A DNA stretch of 64,000 nt, taken from positions 39,494,001-39,558,000 of the forward strand of contig CM052818.1 in the NCBI GenBank assembly GCA_028534125.1, given 5' to 3'. The translations under genes and the position numbers were made by a program. This DNA is from Lama glama (lineage: Eukaryota). Below the pieces are notes generated by a model. The model had not been told where the DNA came from. It was given only the letters and a program-made list of their open reading frames with translations, and did no database searches. Within the stretch, counting starts at the first letter, position 1. Each line of letters starts with the position of its first letter. Of the stretch, positions 36,971 to 49,129 are shown in pieces.

Positions 36971-37503
36971 AGCCAGGTCCAGAAGCAGGCATCTCCTAAG
37001 AAGGTATTATATACTTTTTCTAAGGGTTCCCAGGCTCTCAGAAGGTTGGCAGATATTTTCTTTCTTGTTAACACTGCGCAACACTGTGTCAGGTGGTCTA
37101 GCAGGATTCTTATATCCATTTAGAAAATGATGACCTTGAGATTCTGAGATGCTGACTTACCTATGGTCCACTCGCAAGGGAGGACTCCATCCAGGGCTGT
37201 ATTTACTGCTCATTTAGGGCTGTAGGAAAAGTTCTAGGCACTGGCTTCGGAACTGCCATTGCATTAATTACCCTCACTTGCCTCTGTCAAAATTATGTAT
37301 ATGCTCATTACCACCCCGAGCCAACTCAGACTCCTTGTGGATAAAGTCACACCACACACGTCGGCACATCCTCAACAGCTCTTGACCCTGGGCTTGACAG
37401 TTCGCTTGTTGAATAAATGACTGGATATCTGAGGGTGTTTAATAATTGTCAGTGGAGGATAATACGTTCTGTGATTCTTTTGTTTGCCTTCTCGTTGCTC
37501 CCA

Positions 37504-37668
37504 ACAGTGGTTCTTAATTTTGGGGTCAAAAACTCCACTGAGAATCTGATGGCAGCTATGCTGCGTCTTCCTAGGAGGGTGTATATTTTGTGTATTTTGC
37601 ACTTTATTTCTGAAGTTTCCTGGGGAACCCTGATGTCAGATTCTATAAACTCCAGTTAACAATCTCTA
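37504..37668 (+). mobile_element. hAT MITE (MER103-like)
   Basis: 'cagtggttcttaattttggggtca...tgagaatctgatggcagctatg'; same family as 24636-24792. Confidence 0.7.
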
Positions 37669-37744
37669 GCTAATAGGGTTAAAAATAAATGCTGCAGCCG
37701 AGCGTCAAAGCTCTTCAGGGTGAAGGCAGTTTCTCCCATGAGGT

Positions 37745-38175
37745 ACTAATTGGGGCTCCTTTAGTCGCAAGTAACAAATCCATTTGAGTTAAACAAAGTT
37801 ATTTTTGTTTTTCTATCTAAGGGGGAAGGTTATTGGGATTGCTTTCAGAATCAACGGACGAAGTAAAAATTCAAGTGCCACTCCGAAAACCTTAGTGTCT
37901 ACAACCAGGGGCCAGAATGATACAAGGATCATTTTATCTCTTTATTTATTTACATCATAAGGACATAGCCGGGTGGGGGGGGCAGCTTCAAGGTCATGTT
38001 TCACAGGTGTGTCCAGAGAAAAAGAGCCCTTTTCTACCGGTTTTAAAACTAAGACAAATAAAACATCCCAGGGAAAGTCTCTAATTGGCTTGCCTTGGCT
38101 CAGTGCCCATTTTTGGACCTATTACTGTGGCCAAGAGGGTGGGGTAGGATGTTTGGGTCACATGCCCACCTCACA
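37745..38175 (-). mobile_element. Old MaLR LTR (MLT1J/K/L-like)
   Basis: 'tagtcgcaagtaacaaatcc...ctctaattggcttgccttggctcagtgccc...ttactgtggccaag...gggtcacatgcccacc'. Confidence 0.6.
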
Positions 38176-38447
38176 AGTGCCCAGGTAAGAGGAAGGCAGC
38201 TCCGATTTGCACCCTACTGGTGGAGGGGTGCAGCGAGGGGTGGAAAGTCTCCCTCGGGACGGGGAAATACGGTGGGCTCCCTGGGGAGATGAGGTGTGAG
38301 GTGGCCACTCTGATGCATGTTGCCTGCCATTCCTTTCTGAAATTCTTTGTTCTAGTTGGGTTGGGTTGTTTGCCGTCTTTCCCCTGCACTATTCATTCCC
38401 ACCTCTGTGTCTCCAGGGTCCCCTCCCCACCCTGCTTGTCCATTTTG

Positions 38448-38913
38448 GACTTAGCCTCTTCCTAGGGTTGCCATGACAAGGTACCACCAAGCACCACAAA
38501 CAAGTGGCTTGAAATAACAGAAATGTATTCTCCAGCAGTTCTGGCAGTTAGTTCTGGGGGGTGTCTGCAGGGTTGGTTCCTCTGAGGGCTCTGAGGGAGA
38601 AAATGTTCCATGCCTCTTGCTTGGCTTGTGCTGGCAGCTGGCAATCCTTGGCTTGCTGACTCAACAGTCCAGTCTCTGCCTGTAACTCCTCCTGGTGTTT
38701 CCCCGTGTCTTTGTCTTCCCGTGGCCGTCACTCTCTGTGTCTCCCTCCTCTTCCTATGGGGACACTGGTAATTCTGGATTAAGGGCTCACCCTACGTTAG
38801 CATGACCCCATCTTAGCCAATGACATCTGCAACCAACTAATTTTCACATTCGGATCTTACTGGGGGTCAGGACTGAAACGTATCTTTTGCGGGACACAAT
38901 TCAACCCATAACA
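38448..38913 (-). mobile_element. MaLR solo LTR (MLT1B/C-like)
   Basis: 'ctagggttgccatgacaa...gtggcttgaaataacagaaatgtattc...ggacacaattcaacccataaca'. Confidence 0.88.
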
Positions 38914-39139
38914 GCCTCCCGGCCCAGATCAAGCCCAGCTTCTTCAGCAGGCCTTTGATGACCGTCCCTGGTCGGACCTGTTTCTCCTCTGAGTTCCTGC
39001 TGTCTTGACTCTGGGCAGCTGCACCACATGGTGGAGACCTTAGCCCTTCTCGCAAATATTGCCTCATCCTGAGACTGGAAGCTCCTTGAAGGCAAGAGTC
39101 CAGATCTTTTCACTATTCGCTGTGGTGCCTAGAGCAGCG

Positions 39140-39625
39140 TGTGATGGTTAATGTTATTTGTCAGCTTGACTGGGTCACAGACTGCCCAGATATTTGGTTA
39201 AACATAATTTTGAGTGAGTCTGTGTGAGTGTTTTTCGATGAGATGAAGATCTGAATTAGCTGACTGAGTAAAGCAAATTGCCCTCTCCAGTGGGGGAGGG
39301 CTTTGTTCCATCCCCTGGTGGCCTGCACAGGAAGAGAAAAAAAAAAGGCTGAGCAAAGGAGAATTCACTCTCTGTGACTGTCTTCAAGCTAGGAGATCAG
39401 TCTTCTCCTGACTTTGAACTTGGGCTTGGGCTGGAAACTAACACCATCGGCTCTCCTGGGTCTCCAGCTTGCTGACTGCGGATCCTGGGATCTCTCAGTC
39501 TCTACAGTTTTGTGAACAAATTTCTTATAATAAATATCTTTATATATATTGATATGCCTGTACACTTAGATATCCACAAATCCGATTGGTCCTGTTTCTT
39601 TGGAGCACCCAGACTAAGACTGACA
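39140..39625 (+). mobile_element. ERVL solo LTR (MLT2B/D-like) inserted in an L2 tail
   Basis: 'tgtgatggttaat...tgtcagcttgactggg...gactgagtaaagca..ttgccctc...attggtcctgtttctttggag..cccagactaa'; L2 tail pieces flank it. Confidence 0.9.
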
Positions 39626-39749
39626 CACTGCCCCACACAATATGAGGGCTCCTTAAAGGCAGGGAATGGATTAGGGAGCGAATGAGTGGTAACTGAGTGC
39701 TGGGGATGCTTCCCAAACTCTCCTCTGGGACACATGCCCTGATCCTCAC

Positions 39750-39915
39750 TCAGTCCTTCACCTCAGCTGCACATCAAGAAGCACTTGAAGAGCCTTGAAA
39801 ATCACCAGACCTTATATGAGCTAACTGTGAACTTCTGGGGAGGGAACCGGGCATCAGCGGGTCTCTTGTAAAGCTCTGCCGTGAGTTCACTGCACTCTGG
39901 ATGTTGAGAAGCCTG
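39750..39915 (+). mobile_element. MER5-like MITE (degraded)
   Basis: 'gctgcacatcaagaagcacttgaagagcctt...gggaaccgggcatc...aaagctc...gttgagaa'. Confidence 0.6.
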
Positions 39916-41681
39916 GTTCAGGCTGTGGGAGAGCCCCAGGTCCCAGGCTTCAGGCTCTGCTCTGTGCTCATCCAAGTGAGCCTCCCACACGTGGGCTCAG
40001 CCTTTGGGCTTACCTTGGGTCCAGGACGGCATGAGGATGGCGGAAACCACTTTGGAGACAGGTGCAAATTTGTTCCCGACTGACTAGGCCAGCGTACCTC
40101 TTGGGACTTAGGAAACCCAGTGTTTGACATTTGCTTTGAGTTGATGTCCTGCCCAGACCCAAGCTCAGATTCTTGGAGAAGGGCCTTTAAGAAGGAGCCT
40201 TCTCATGCAAAGGGTGGGCAGGTGCTGTGTCAGCTGTCAGCACGAGGAAAGGAAAAGGGCCAGAAGTGCTCTGTATTTAGCTGGTGACAATGAGTGTCAC
40301 GGAGGGCTATTTGGAGAAGAAAAGCAGTCAGCTCTGGCAATGCCGTGTCAAGGTGGAGGAGGAACCCAGAGCCCCCAGGGTGCTTCAGAGAGCTGTACTT
40401 CAGGCCTGTGTGGGAACAGGTGGTGACCTCGGTGACACGGCGCTACCAGCAGGAGATCAAAGTCTCTGGGCGCCGTGACTAGGGTGGTGTCTGGCCACTG
40501 TGTCCTGGCCTCCCGGCTGCTCCGTAAACCCCCTCTGACAGAGGGGCATCTCCAGCAGACCGGCAGTGCAGGAGGGAACGCATGCGGCCGTATTTCAGCC
40601 TGGACACCAGGACTTGAACAGAGGCGCGTGCGTGTCTGGGGCTGAAATTTCTCTGAAGCTGATTTGTGGCTGTCTGAATTTATGGCCTCAGAGGACAACA
40701 GGATGGACCAACGAGACCCATATGCGTTCAGTCCCCAAGCCTTGATTTCAGAGAGCACACGGGGGAGGATGGAGGGCTGGAGGAGGAGAGACTGTTCCTA
40801 CGTTCCCGGCAAGAGGTGGTGATATAGGTCCTGTCCAACAACAGTTTTTCTGAGGCATTTTTAGGACATCTCATTGTCCTCCTCTCTCTCACCCAAGGTT
40901 GTCTGCACAGCCTTGAGCTGAAGGAACTTGTAGAAATAGCTCAAAACCACAAACATATTCCGCACTAGGAGACTGACACCTCGGGGTCGCCTCCTTGGCC
41001 TGGCAGCCCCCCAAAATTTATCCTTATGCTGTAACTCCGTGCTTTAAAGGAGGTGGGACTCATCTTCCCTCGGGAGTGGACTGGGTGCCTCCGCTTCTGG
41101 ACACGCTCAGGGAGACCCTGAGGAAGGACACAGGGCCTGATCTGTGCATGGGTAAGGTGGTGGCTGCCCAGCAGGACCCGCCGTTCCATCATAATCTCTG
41201 CTACCAGTGGCTTGTTTCCCGACAGGCCTGACCTGCCCGAAGGCTGGGAGATGAGCTGGGCCTCCACGGGGGCCTTCCAGCCCTGAGACCAGGAATCAGT
41301 CAGTTGACAAGCACTCCTGGAGCTCTGTGCTAGGCCTACTTCCGTAAGGTCATGAGTTACCCTTCTCTCCCCAACCAAGACAGAGTCTGAAATGCTTTCC
41401 CTCAGGGACGAGTGACATAGGCTTATTTGGACGAAGGCAGGGACTGACATCAGCTTCTTTTCTGAGAATGGGTCTGCAGAGCCTCAGAGGGGCGCAGCAG
41501 GGGACGAAAGGGGAAATGGGTAGGAAGGGAACGGTTGGTGGGTCACAGGCTCCAAGCTTGCATTCTCATCTCCCATCCAAGAAACAAAGGCGTAGGATTT
41601 CCTGGGCGTCTGCTCTTCCTCCTGGACCGACCCTTGCCAGGTGGTATTCTTACGTGGAATGTGGCCTCCCAGCCCACAACT

Positions 41682-41683
<2 letters not shown>

Positions 41684-41715
<32 letters not shown>
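41684..41715. repeat. (TG)n microsatellite
   Basis: Direct reading. Confidence 0.98.
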
Positions 41716-41721
<6 letters not shown>

Positions 41722-41805
41722 ACGCACACATGCACGTACATAGACACAGTGGTAGTAAAGCAACACAAAGAGGCAGAAAAAGTAACGACATTGGAGTAAG
41801 AGGAC

Positions 41806-42186
41806 TGTTATGGACTGAATATTGGTGCCCTCACCCTCCAAATTCTTAGGTTGAAGCCCCCGCCTCCACTGCCAACTGTGATGGGATTAGGAGGTGGGGC
41901 CATTGGGAGGTGATTCAGATGAGATGAGGTCATGAGGGTGGAGCCTTCATGAATGGGACTTGTGCCCTTACATGAGTCATGAGAGAGCTTGCTTCACTTG
42001 CTCTCTGCCAAGTGAGGATCTGAGAGGGCAGCAGTCTGCAACCCAGAAAAGGGTTCTCATCAGATCTCAGCCATGCTGGCACCCTGATCTGGGACTTCCA
42101 GTCTCCAAAACTGTGAGAAATAAATTTCTGACGTTTATAAGCCACCCAGCCTATGGTACTTAGCTACAGCAGCCACAACTAAGATC
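41806..42186 (+). mobile_element. MaLR solo LTR (MLT1A-like)
   Basis: 'tgttatggactgaat...gatgaggtcatgagggtggagcc...gctggcaccctgatctgggacttccagtctccaaaactgtgagaaataaatttctg'. Confidence 0.9.
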
Positions 42187-42194
42187 AGCACTAG

Positions 42195-42362
42195 GTTTTG
42201 AACAACAGCCCTGCCACGTCCCAGCAGTGTGGTTTTGGACAAGTCTCTTATCTTCTCTAAGGGTGAATTTATTCTGCTGGAAAAATTGATAATTCCTGCT
42301 CTGCTTCCCTTCCTCACAGGGCTGTCAGGAAGCCCAAAGGAGAGCAAGTATATATGAAACAT
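42195..42362 (+). mobile_element. MIR fragment
   Basis: 'ctgccacgtcccagcagtgtggttttggacaagtctctta...cctcacagggctgtc'. Confidence 0.65.
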
Positions 42363-42919
42363 TGTTTCATAGCCTATACTTTTTTGAAATAGTTTTGAAA
42401 ATATTCAGAAAAAACTCTCTGTGTGTATTTTTAAAACAAACAACAAAACTGTAACACCACCATGGGGCTGTTTATTTTTTTTTCTCACTAGGGTTGAGGA
42501 TGTTTCTGTCTACATGATTCCAAAATAATGTCAGCATCCCATTTTAGCTTTGAATTTCTACCTGCCATAAAGTCTCTCAATGGAGAAGCCAGGTTCCTCT
42601 TTGTGTGGATTCCTTGGTTTCTTCTCTGCCCACCCTGCTGTTCTGTGACCTGGGAAAGTGAGCCAGGAAGGAGAGAGCAAAAGACTCGTCCGGAAATGCT
42701 GATGCTGGGGAAAGATCCCGACCTCTGGATAATGAAGTGTGTGTTCCTGGCAAATTTCTTAAGATAATAATGGTGGCAGGAAAAATAATGTTCAGTTAAA
42801 AAACTGGCAGTGGATTTCTCAGTGAGAGAATTGTCTTTTGTTCAGCAGATTGCCTTGATGGCTTTTTTGAGTATGAAAGGTGAGCTTGCCCCAGGACATG
42901 GCTTAGATGAGCTACACTG

Positions 42920-43090
42920 GAGGAGGTTTTCAACCCTGGCTGCACAGAAAGGGCTTTGGAAAATTATGCGTATGTGTGCCCCAGCTCCAGAGCCTCTGAC
43001 GTAATTGGTCTGGGGTAGGGTCTGGGCATCGCTATTTTTTAAAAACTCCCCAGGAGATTCTAACATGTAGCTGGCGTTGAGATTCCCCAG
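42920..43090 (+). mobile_element. MER5A/B-like MITE
   Basis: 'ggttttcaaccctggctgcaca...aattggtctggggtagggtctgggcatc...aaaactccccaggagattctaacatg'. Confidence 0.85.
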
Positions 43091-43983
43091 CGCCAGACCC
43101 GAACAAGAGGAGAGCAGAAAGAATTGGGCAGCTGGTAGCTTGGTGGGAGATGAGAAAGGGAAAGAGTTGATCTGGATGGTGGCGGGCTGGGGATGTCTGT
43201 GCAGAGACAAACAGTGAGGGGTGCCTAGAGGAGCCAGGCACTGTTAACAAAAGAATCACTGGCATTTAATTTTAGATTGTTTGCTGTGCTGCAATATAAC
43301 ACCACCCTATACCTTCAGATCCTCAGTGCAAGTCTTACATGCCCAGTCTAGTGTTCATGGTACTGTGGGGGGAGTGATGGATCCTAGGCTGGCCCCAGTG
43401 ATGGACTAAGAATGTCCAGCACCTGCAGGAGATGAAAATGGGAGCAGGGGTTGAAAATTCAGCAAAAGTAGGAAATTGGAGCTAGAGGGAACCAGGACAA
43501 ACATAACCCCCCGGAGAATCCTCTGGGATGTTGGGAAGGATGCGTGGTTTCCTACCGTTTGTGGAAGAAGGATTCAAGGTAATTTTATTGAATCTTAGTG
43601 GATAGTGCCTTAGCTGCTGGAGGACATGAAGACTTACAAACAGCTGACGCTTGAGCCAAAGAATAATAAATAATTCACCACCTTCCCTCTTTCCACCTCA
43701 CACACTCCATGTGGGGAATATTTTATAGCTATCACAGTTCATTCACATTCATCTCTCTTTGAGCCTTCCAAGGGGCCTGGGAGATGGGGAAGGAAGGAAT
43801 TCGTCACATCTGATTGCTGAGAAACGGGATCCTCAGCGGCTGCAGCTTGTGTGCAGTGGTGGAGCTTGAAGCATCACCAGCTCTGAACCATCACTCCCAG
43901 TTCTGACTTGGTGCTCAGGCCACCACTCCAGGCTAAGTTCGGCTCCAACTGCTTTGAAACTGGAGGGAGATGTGACTTAACAC

Positions 43984-44020
43984 TGTGTGTGTGTGTGTAT
44001 GTGTGTGTGTGTGTGTGTGT
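43984..44020. repeat. (TG)n microsatellite with one interruption
   Basis: Direct reading. Confidence 0.97.
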
Positions 44021-44617
44021 TTAACATGAATTCTGGATCCAATATTTACTCTCATCTCTTCACTGTCCCCTATTTTTTCTCTCTCTTCTCTTCCTTCTCT
44101 ATCCTATTCCCCCTTGTCACACCTCTTCTCCATTTCCCCGTGTCTTCGTCTGCATCTGTCCACCATTTCTAATGTTCCCACGCCAAGCTCTCATTTGTAG
44201 ACTTCCCCCTAGATTAGTATATTCATGCGTGAATTCTGTATAGAAGTGTTTTGGAACAATTCTTTGTTACTTGGTTTTCTTTCTTTCTTTATCTGATTCT
44301 AAGATGAGTCAAATGTCTTTACCCGCATGTATTGCTAAATCACCCAGTTTCTAATCGGGAAATGGTCACCCTGCCTATTTGGGAGGAACTTCACGAACCT
44401 CCACAAATTGTTGACGTAACACTCATTCTCGACAGAGAGAGAGGACTAAATATATTAACTGGCTTTAGCTGACCTTTGCTCGAGATTTAAAAGAGAGGAA
44501 TGGTGACCTGTTTCTCCCACGTGGAAGCAAAAAGCTGAGTGTATTTTATGCCCAGGTGTTTGCCATATAGCTTGATACAAAACCATGTCTTGGAAAACTA
44601 TAAGCCAATCTAATTTA

Positions 44618-44837
44618 NNNNNNNNNNNNNNNNNNNNNNNNNNNNNNNNNNNNNNNNNNNNNNNNNNNNNNNNNNNNNNNNNNNNNNNNNNNNNNNNNNN
44701 NNNNNNNNNNNNNNNNNNNNNNNNNNNNNNNNNNNNNNNNNNNNNNNNNNNNNNNNNNNNNNNNNNNNNNNNNNNNNNNNNNNNNNNNNNNNNNNNNNNN
44801 NNNNNNNNNNNNNNNNNNNNNNNNNNNNNNNNNNNNN
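44618..44837. other. Assembly gap (220 N)
   Basis: N run. Confidence 1.
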
Positions 44838-45719
44838 ACATGCTTTGAGATCACTGGACAGCTCCTCCTCCAACATTTTCAAAATGCACAGGGAAGGTTA
44901 TTGCTCTGGTAGCAAAAATAACAGAAATGCTATGGGAGAAAATTATGAGGACATCTAGGCAGAATGGGAAAGAGGTTCAAAAGGTGCATTCTGGTTTTTA
45001 TGCTTTTGATTTGCAAGTCATTAAGCTGGAAGAGCCCCTGCCTCCTGCTGACTGCCACTAGGAATGCTTTTTTTTTTTTCTTCTGTAATAGAGGATGCTT
45101 ATTCTATGACTCCAGGTTTGCAATACTGGAGGAGAATGGGGGATCTGGATTTTCCAGTGCTTCTAGAGATGGAGTGCTGGTCCTTAGAGGAGTGGGCTAA
45201 GACTTGGTGGACTTCTGGCCTCCCTTTGTCTGCAGGAGGTGGGTGCCTTTGGCAGGGAGCGGGAGGGAGAAGCATCGTGCAAGTTTCAGTCCCAGAATTT
45301 CAGGCTGACAGAGAGAAGTCAGTGAAGAGGTGAGTGCTTTGTCTCTTCTCCTGAAAAAATTAGTTGAGAAAAAAAATTTTGAGGACAGTCAGACATTACA
45401 ATATAAGGAAAGGAAGGCAAGAAAAGTGTGAAAGAAGAAGGGAAAGGATAGCATCCTTCAGGGGTAAGAGGTCAAGGGCTCGGGGCATTGTCCAGACCTT
45501 GTATCAGCAGGTTACATAATGCTTAATGCATCACCCAAGACTCTAACGTTTCTAGAAGCATGCCATCCTTTGCCTCCTACTTCCTATTTGCCATGTTTGT
45601 CTTCTCTGGGATGTAAGCCTTACTCAGCGTACACAGCTGCACATCTCGCTCTCCTCTGTTCTTGAATTTGAGATTAGTGAACCAGTGTTTAAATCCACAG
45701 GTAATTCTTACTTGTATTT

Positions 45720-46082
45720 CTGCAGCACCTTTTGTCCTCAACAAAGATGTTGCGTTGGAATGCTCTTTCTCCCGTCGTCCATTTGGAAAACTCCCTCTTC
45801 TTTCAGAATTGACACATGCGTCCTATCTTTATGAAACTCTACCTGATCTGTCCACGCTAAGCGGTTTCTTCTCTGTTTTGAGATCCCCTCTACCTGGTGG
45901 GCACATAACAATTACTGCCCTTACTTCTCCGTATTGCAGTTTTTTTCTCTACAGGTCTGAACTCTTCTATAGCTAAACTCCTTAAGGGCAAAAACTGCCT
46001 TAATAACCCTGACTTTCCCTACATTTCAGTACCCAGCATGTAATAGGTGTTAAGTAAATGTTTTGAATGAATGAATGAATGG
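45720..46082 (+). mobile_element. L2 3' end with (TGAA)n tail
   Basis: 'taaactccttaagggcaaaaac...aataggtgttaagtaaatgttttgaatgaatgaatgaatg'. Confidence 0.8.
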
Positions 46083-46909
46083 CATTCATTTAGCCAAGCC
46101 CTAATTGGTTGCAAGGATGAATTAAACATGTACTTCACTCACAAAGAAGCAAAAGTAATTGCACTAGCGGAATTATTAAAATTTTTTTCATATTATCCAA
46201 TTAATTAATTTTTGCATTCTGAGAATGAAAGGGTGAGCTTACAACTGTATGGTTAATAATCAAGTGGAAAAATAAAGACCCCCCCCTTAATACTAGAATT
46301 CCCTGACCTGTGTTCTACACTTGCCTTGACTTTCTGACATTGACCAAGGGTGTTAATCAGAGACGCTGACCGACTGTTGCATGACTGTCAGGTCACTTAC
46401 CTCTGGAAATCAATAGTGACCCTTTGCCAAACAAAACTTTAAAGATGCTGAGGGGAGGAACCTTCACCACTGTGGGTACAGTGTCTCATTTGTTCAGACG
46501 GGGAAGGCTTTTGATGGCCGTGATTTAGGAGGCAGGTTTATCTGTGCAGACTGGAAGGATGTAAGAGTCCCACCAGCAAATCATGTCTTCAGGACCTCAA
46601 TCTTCTCTGAGGAAGGCTCACATCGAAGCTCCTAATAGCTCGGTCTCCTTGGTCCTCAGAACTGCCTTTGCAAGTCAGGCTTTCACTCATTTATGGGTGG
46701 CTCCTTCTGCAGGTCCAAGTCCTGCTCAGAACTCTCTTCATTAGGAGATACCTAAGGCTTAAAGGCAAAGTGGGCTTGTGCTTGGTAGGTATGGGTGGGA
46801 CACAGTAGTAATCAACCAGACTAAAGAAGTGCGAAGTGCAGAGAGCTGGGAGCTAAGGGAATTCAGTGTGTCCTGGCCCTGCCCATTTCCCCATCACCAA
46901 CCTCCGGAT

Positions 46910-47385
46910 GATGCTTACGTTCTGAGTCTCACTTTTCTTTTTGCAACATGGGAGTAAAACAAGCATTTCACTTGTATCTTAGAATTGTTATGAAGATTAA
47001 ATGAAATAAAGACTGTATACTTACAATCCCTAACACACCCTGTTTGTTTTGCTTCTCACTGTATCTATAGGGCTTCCCTAAGGGCCTGGGCTGTAGAAGG
47101 GGCTTGGGTCCTTGGAGAAGTTGATGGCCCTTTGAGAGACAGAAGAGCATCATGGTGTATATGACTCCAGTACCAACAGGCCTAGTTCAAATCTCAGCTC
47201 CACCTCTTCCTAGCTGTGTAGACCTTGAGTAAGCTACTTAAACTGTCTGTGACCCAGTAACCTGAGGACAGAAGAGCCTCTACTTCATGGGGTGGTGGTG
47301 AGATTTAAAAGAGATCATACCTTTAAAGCTCTCAGCACAGTTCCTGAAACATATAACCTTACAATAAACATGAGCTACTGCTATC
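46910..47385 (+). mobile_element. Two MIR fragments (~46910-47040 and ~47140-47385)
   Basis: 'gttcaaatctcagctccacctcttcctagctgtg..accttgagtaag' and 'gaattgttatgaagattaaatgaa'. Confidence 0.8.
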
Positions 47386-47644
47386 TCATCTCCAAGGGCA
47401 TCCAATGACGCATGGATATAGAATCATATTCATGTGTGAGATACTTTGGGTAACTTTTATTTACATGACTCAGATCTCTTTGCCAGTCTGCCGGCTTAAA
47501 GGTAACTTTGTCAATGGACTCCAAAGCAAAGACTGCTGGTGCTTCTTACACAAGTCTTATACAGATCTTTCTCACCTAAGAAATTAAGGGATATAGTTTC
47601 AGGAACATGTTTGCTTTTCCTTTGATTCCCCTAAGGCTACACTC

Positions 47645-48070
47645 TTTTAAATAAACTTTTTATTTTGGAATAATTTTAGATTTACAGAAAACTTGCCAAG
47701 ATACTATAGAGGATTCTTGTTTACCCTTCCCCCAGTCTTCCCTCATGTTAATATGTCTTATATAACTATGGTGCATTTGTCAGAACCAATAAATTTACAT
47801 TATACAGTACTGCTGACCAGATTACAGATTTTATTTTGGGTTTCATCATTTTTCCCACTAATGTCCTTTTACTTTCCCAGGATCCCACAGTGGGTTCCCC
47901 AGGACTGTCTCATCCCATCTGTGACAATTTCTCAGTCTTCCATGACCGTGACAGTTTTGAGGAGTTCTGGCCAAGCACTTTGCAGACTATTCCTCACCTT
48001 AGATATCTCTGATGTTTTTCTCCTGATAAAAGATTAAGACTGTGGGTTTGGGGAAGAACAGCATAGCAGG
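47645..48070 (-). mobile_element. Old L1 3' end (L1MC/MD-like)
   Basis: 'tttttattttggaataattttagatttacagaaaacttgc...tttcccactaatgtcctttt...ccaggatccc'. Confidence 0.85.
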
Positions 48071-49129
48071 AAGTGCTGCACCTACACTGGATGGGAAAGC
48101 TCTCTCTGCTGCTTTTCACTTCTCCTCAACTTCTCTTCCTCTCCTTTCAGGTTACTCACCCCTCACCATGGACTTTACAATCTAAGGAAATGAATTGGGC
48201 TCTGGAGGGAAATTAGAATTTGGAAATGAATAAAGCATTTTGCTTGCCCTAGTCTCCATCTTGACATGCCAGAACCCACCAGGAGGATATGCCCCCCCTT
48301 TACTCCACCCACTCCCCCAATTTGCAGGAATTTGGGAGAAGCTTTGTACTGACATGTGGCATAAATTGCAGGTTCCTGCAGTTTTAGCTTCATTTCAAGG
48401 TGCAGGTGCTAACATTTCAGTGACACTCCCCATGAGTCTTCTGCTCCCGCATCCCAGAATGCCGAAGCCTTCATCTCTGCATGCTCAAATAGTGTGGAAG
48501 GAAGATAAGAGATAGTGGAATGGACTTTGTGCACTAAATCTCTGAAACACAAGAACTTTCAGGTTGGGATTTTCACATTTAAAATTGAGGACAGCAAGAG
48601 GACTTGGTTTCCAGTCCCAGATCTGGCCATCCTGAAATCTGCATTTCCACAGCTCACTGCTTGCGTTTGAACGGGGGTCCCCACGTCAGGACCACAGCAG
48701 CCATTTCATGTATGCATCTCATTTTCATTCAATGATGTGCTTACTTTTGTATAATTAAAAAGTTCGGCAAAATTATATTTTGCATGCATATTATTTATTA
48801 TCTAGTGAATGCCACTGTAAAAACTCTATATTTGTATGTATATTTGCTATTCAAATGTTTTTTTGGTAAACAAATGACTATATACTGTGGAGTGCTCTGT
48901 GGGCAATTTCAGGGATATTGAAGAGTAATTTTGGCTATACCTGATTGTCCCTTTCGGGTCCAGCTTTACATCTTAACAACTGAGTAAGATACAACACCCC
49001 TGCCATCCAACTGTGACTGGCTTTTGCTCTTAATTTATAACGTAGGACCCCTTAATTTCTCCAGGTATTTCTGGAAGATCCCAGGGATCACACGTGAACT
49101 CACGGCCTGTGAATGAAGACTCTTCTGCA

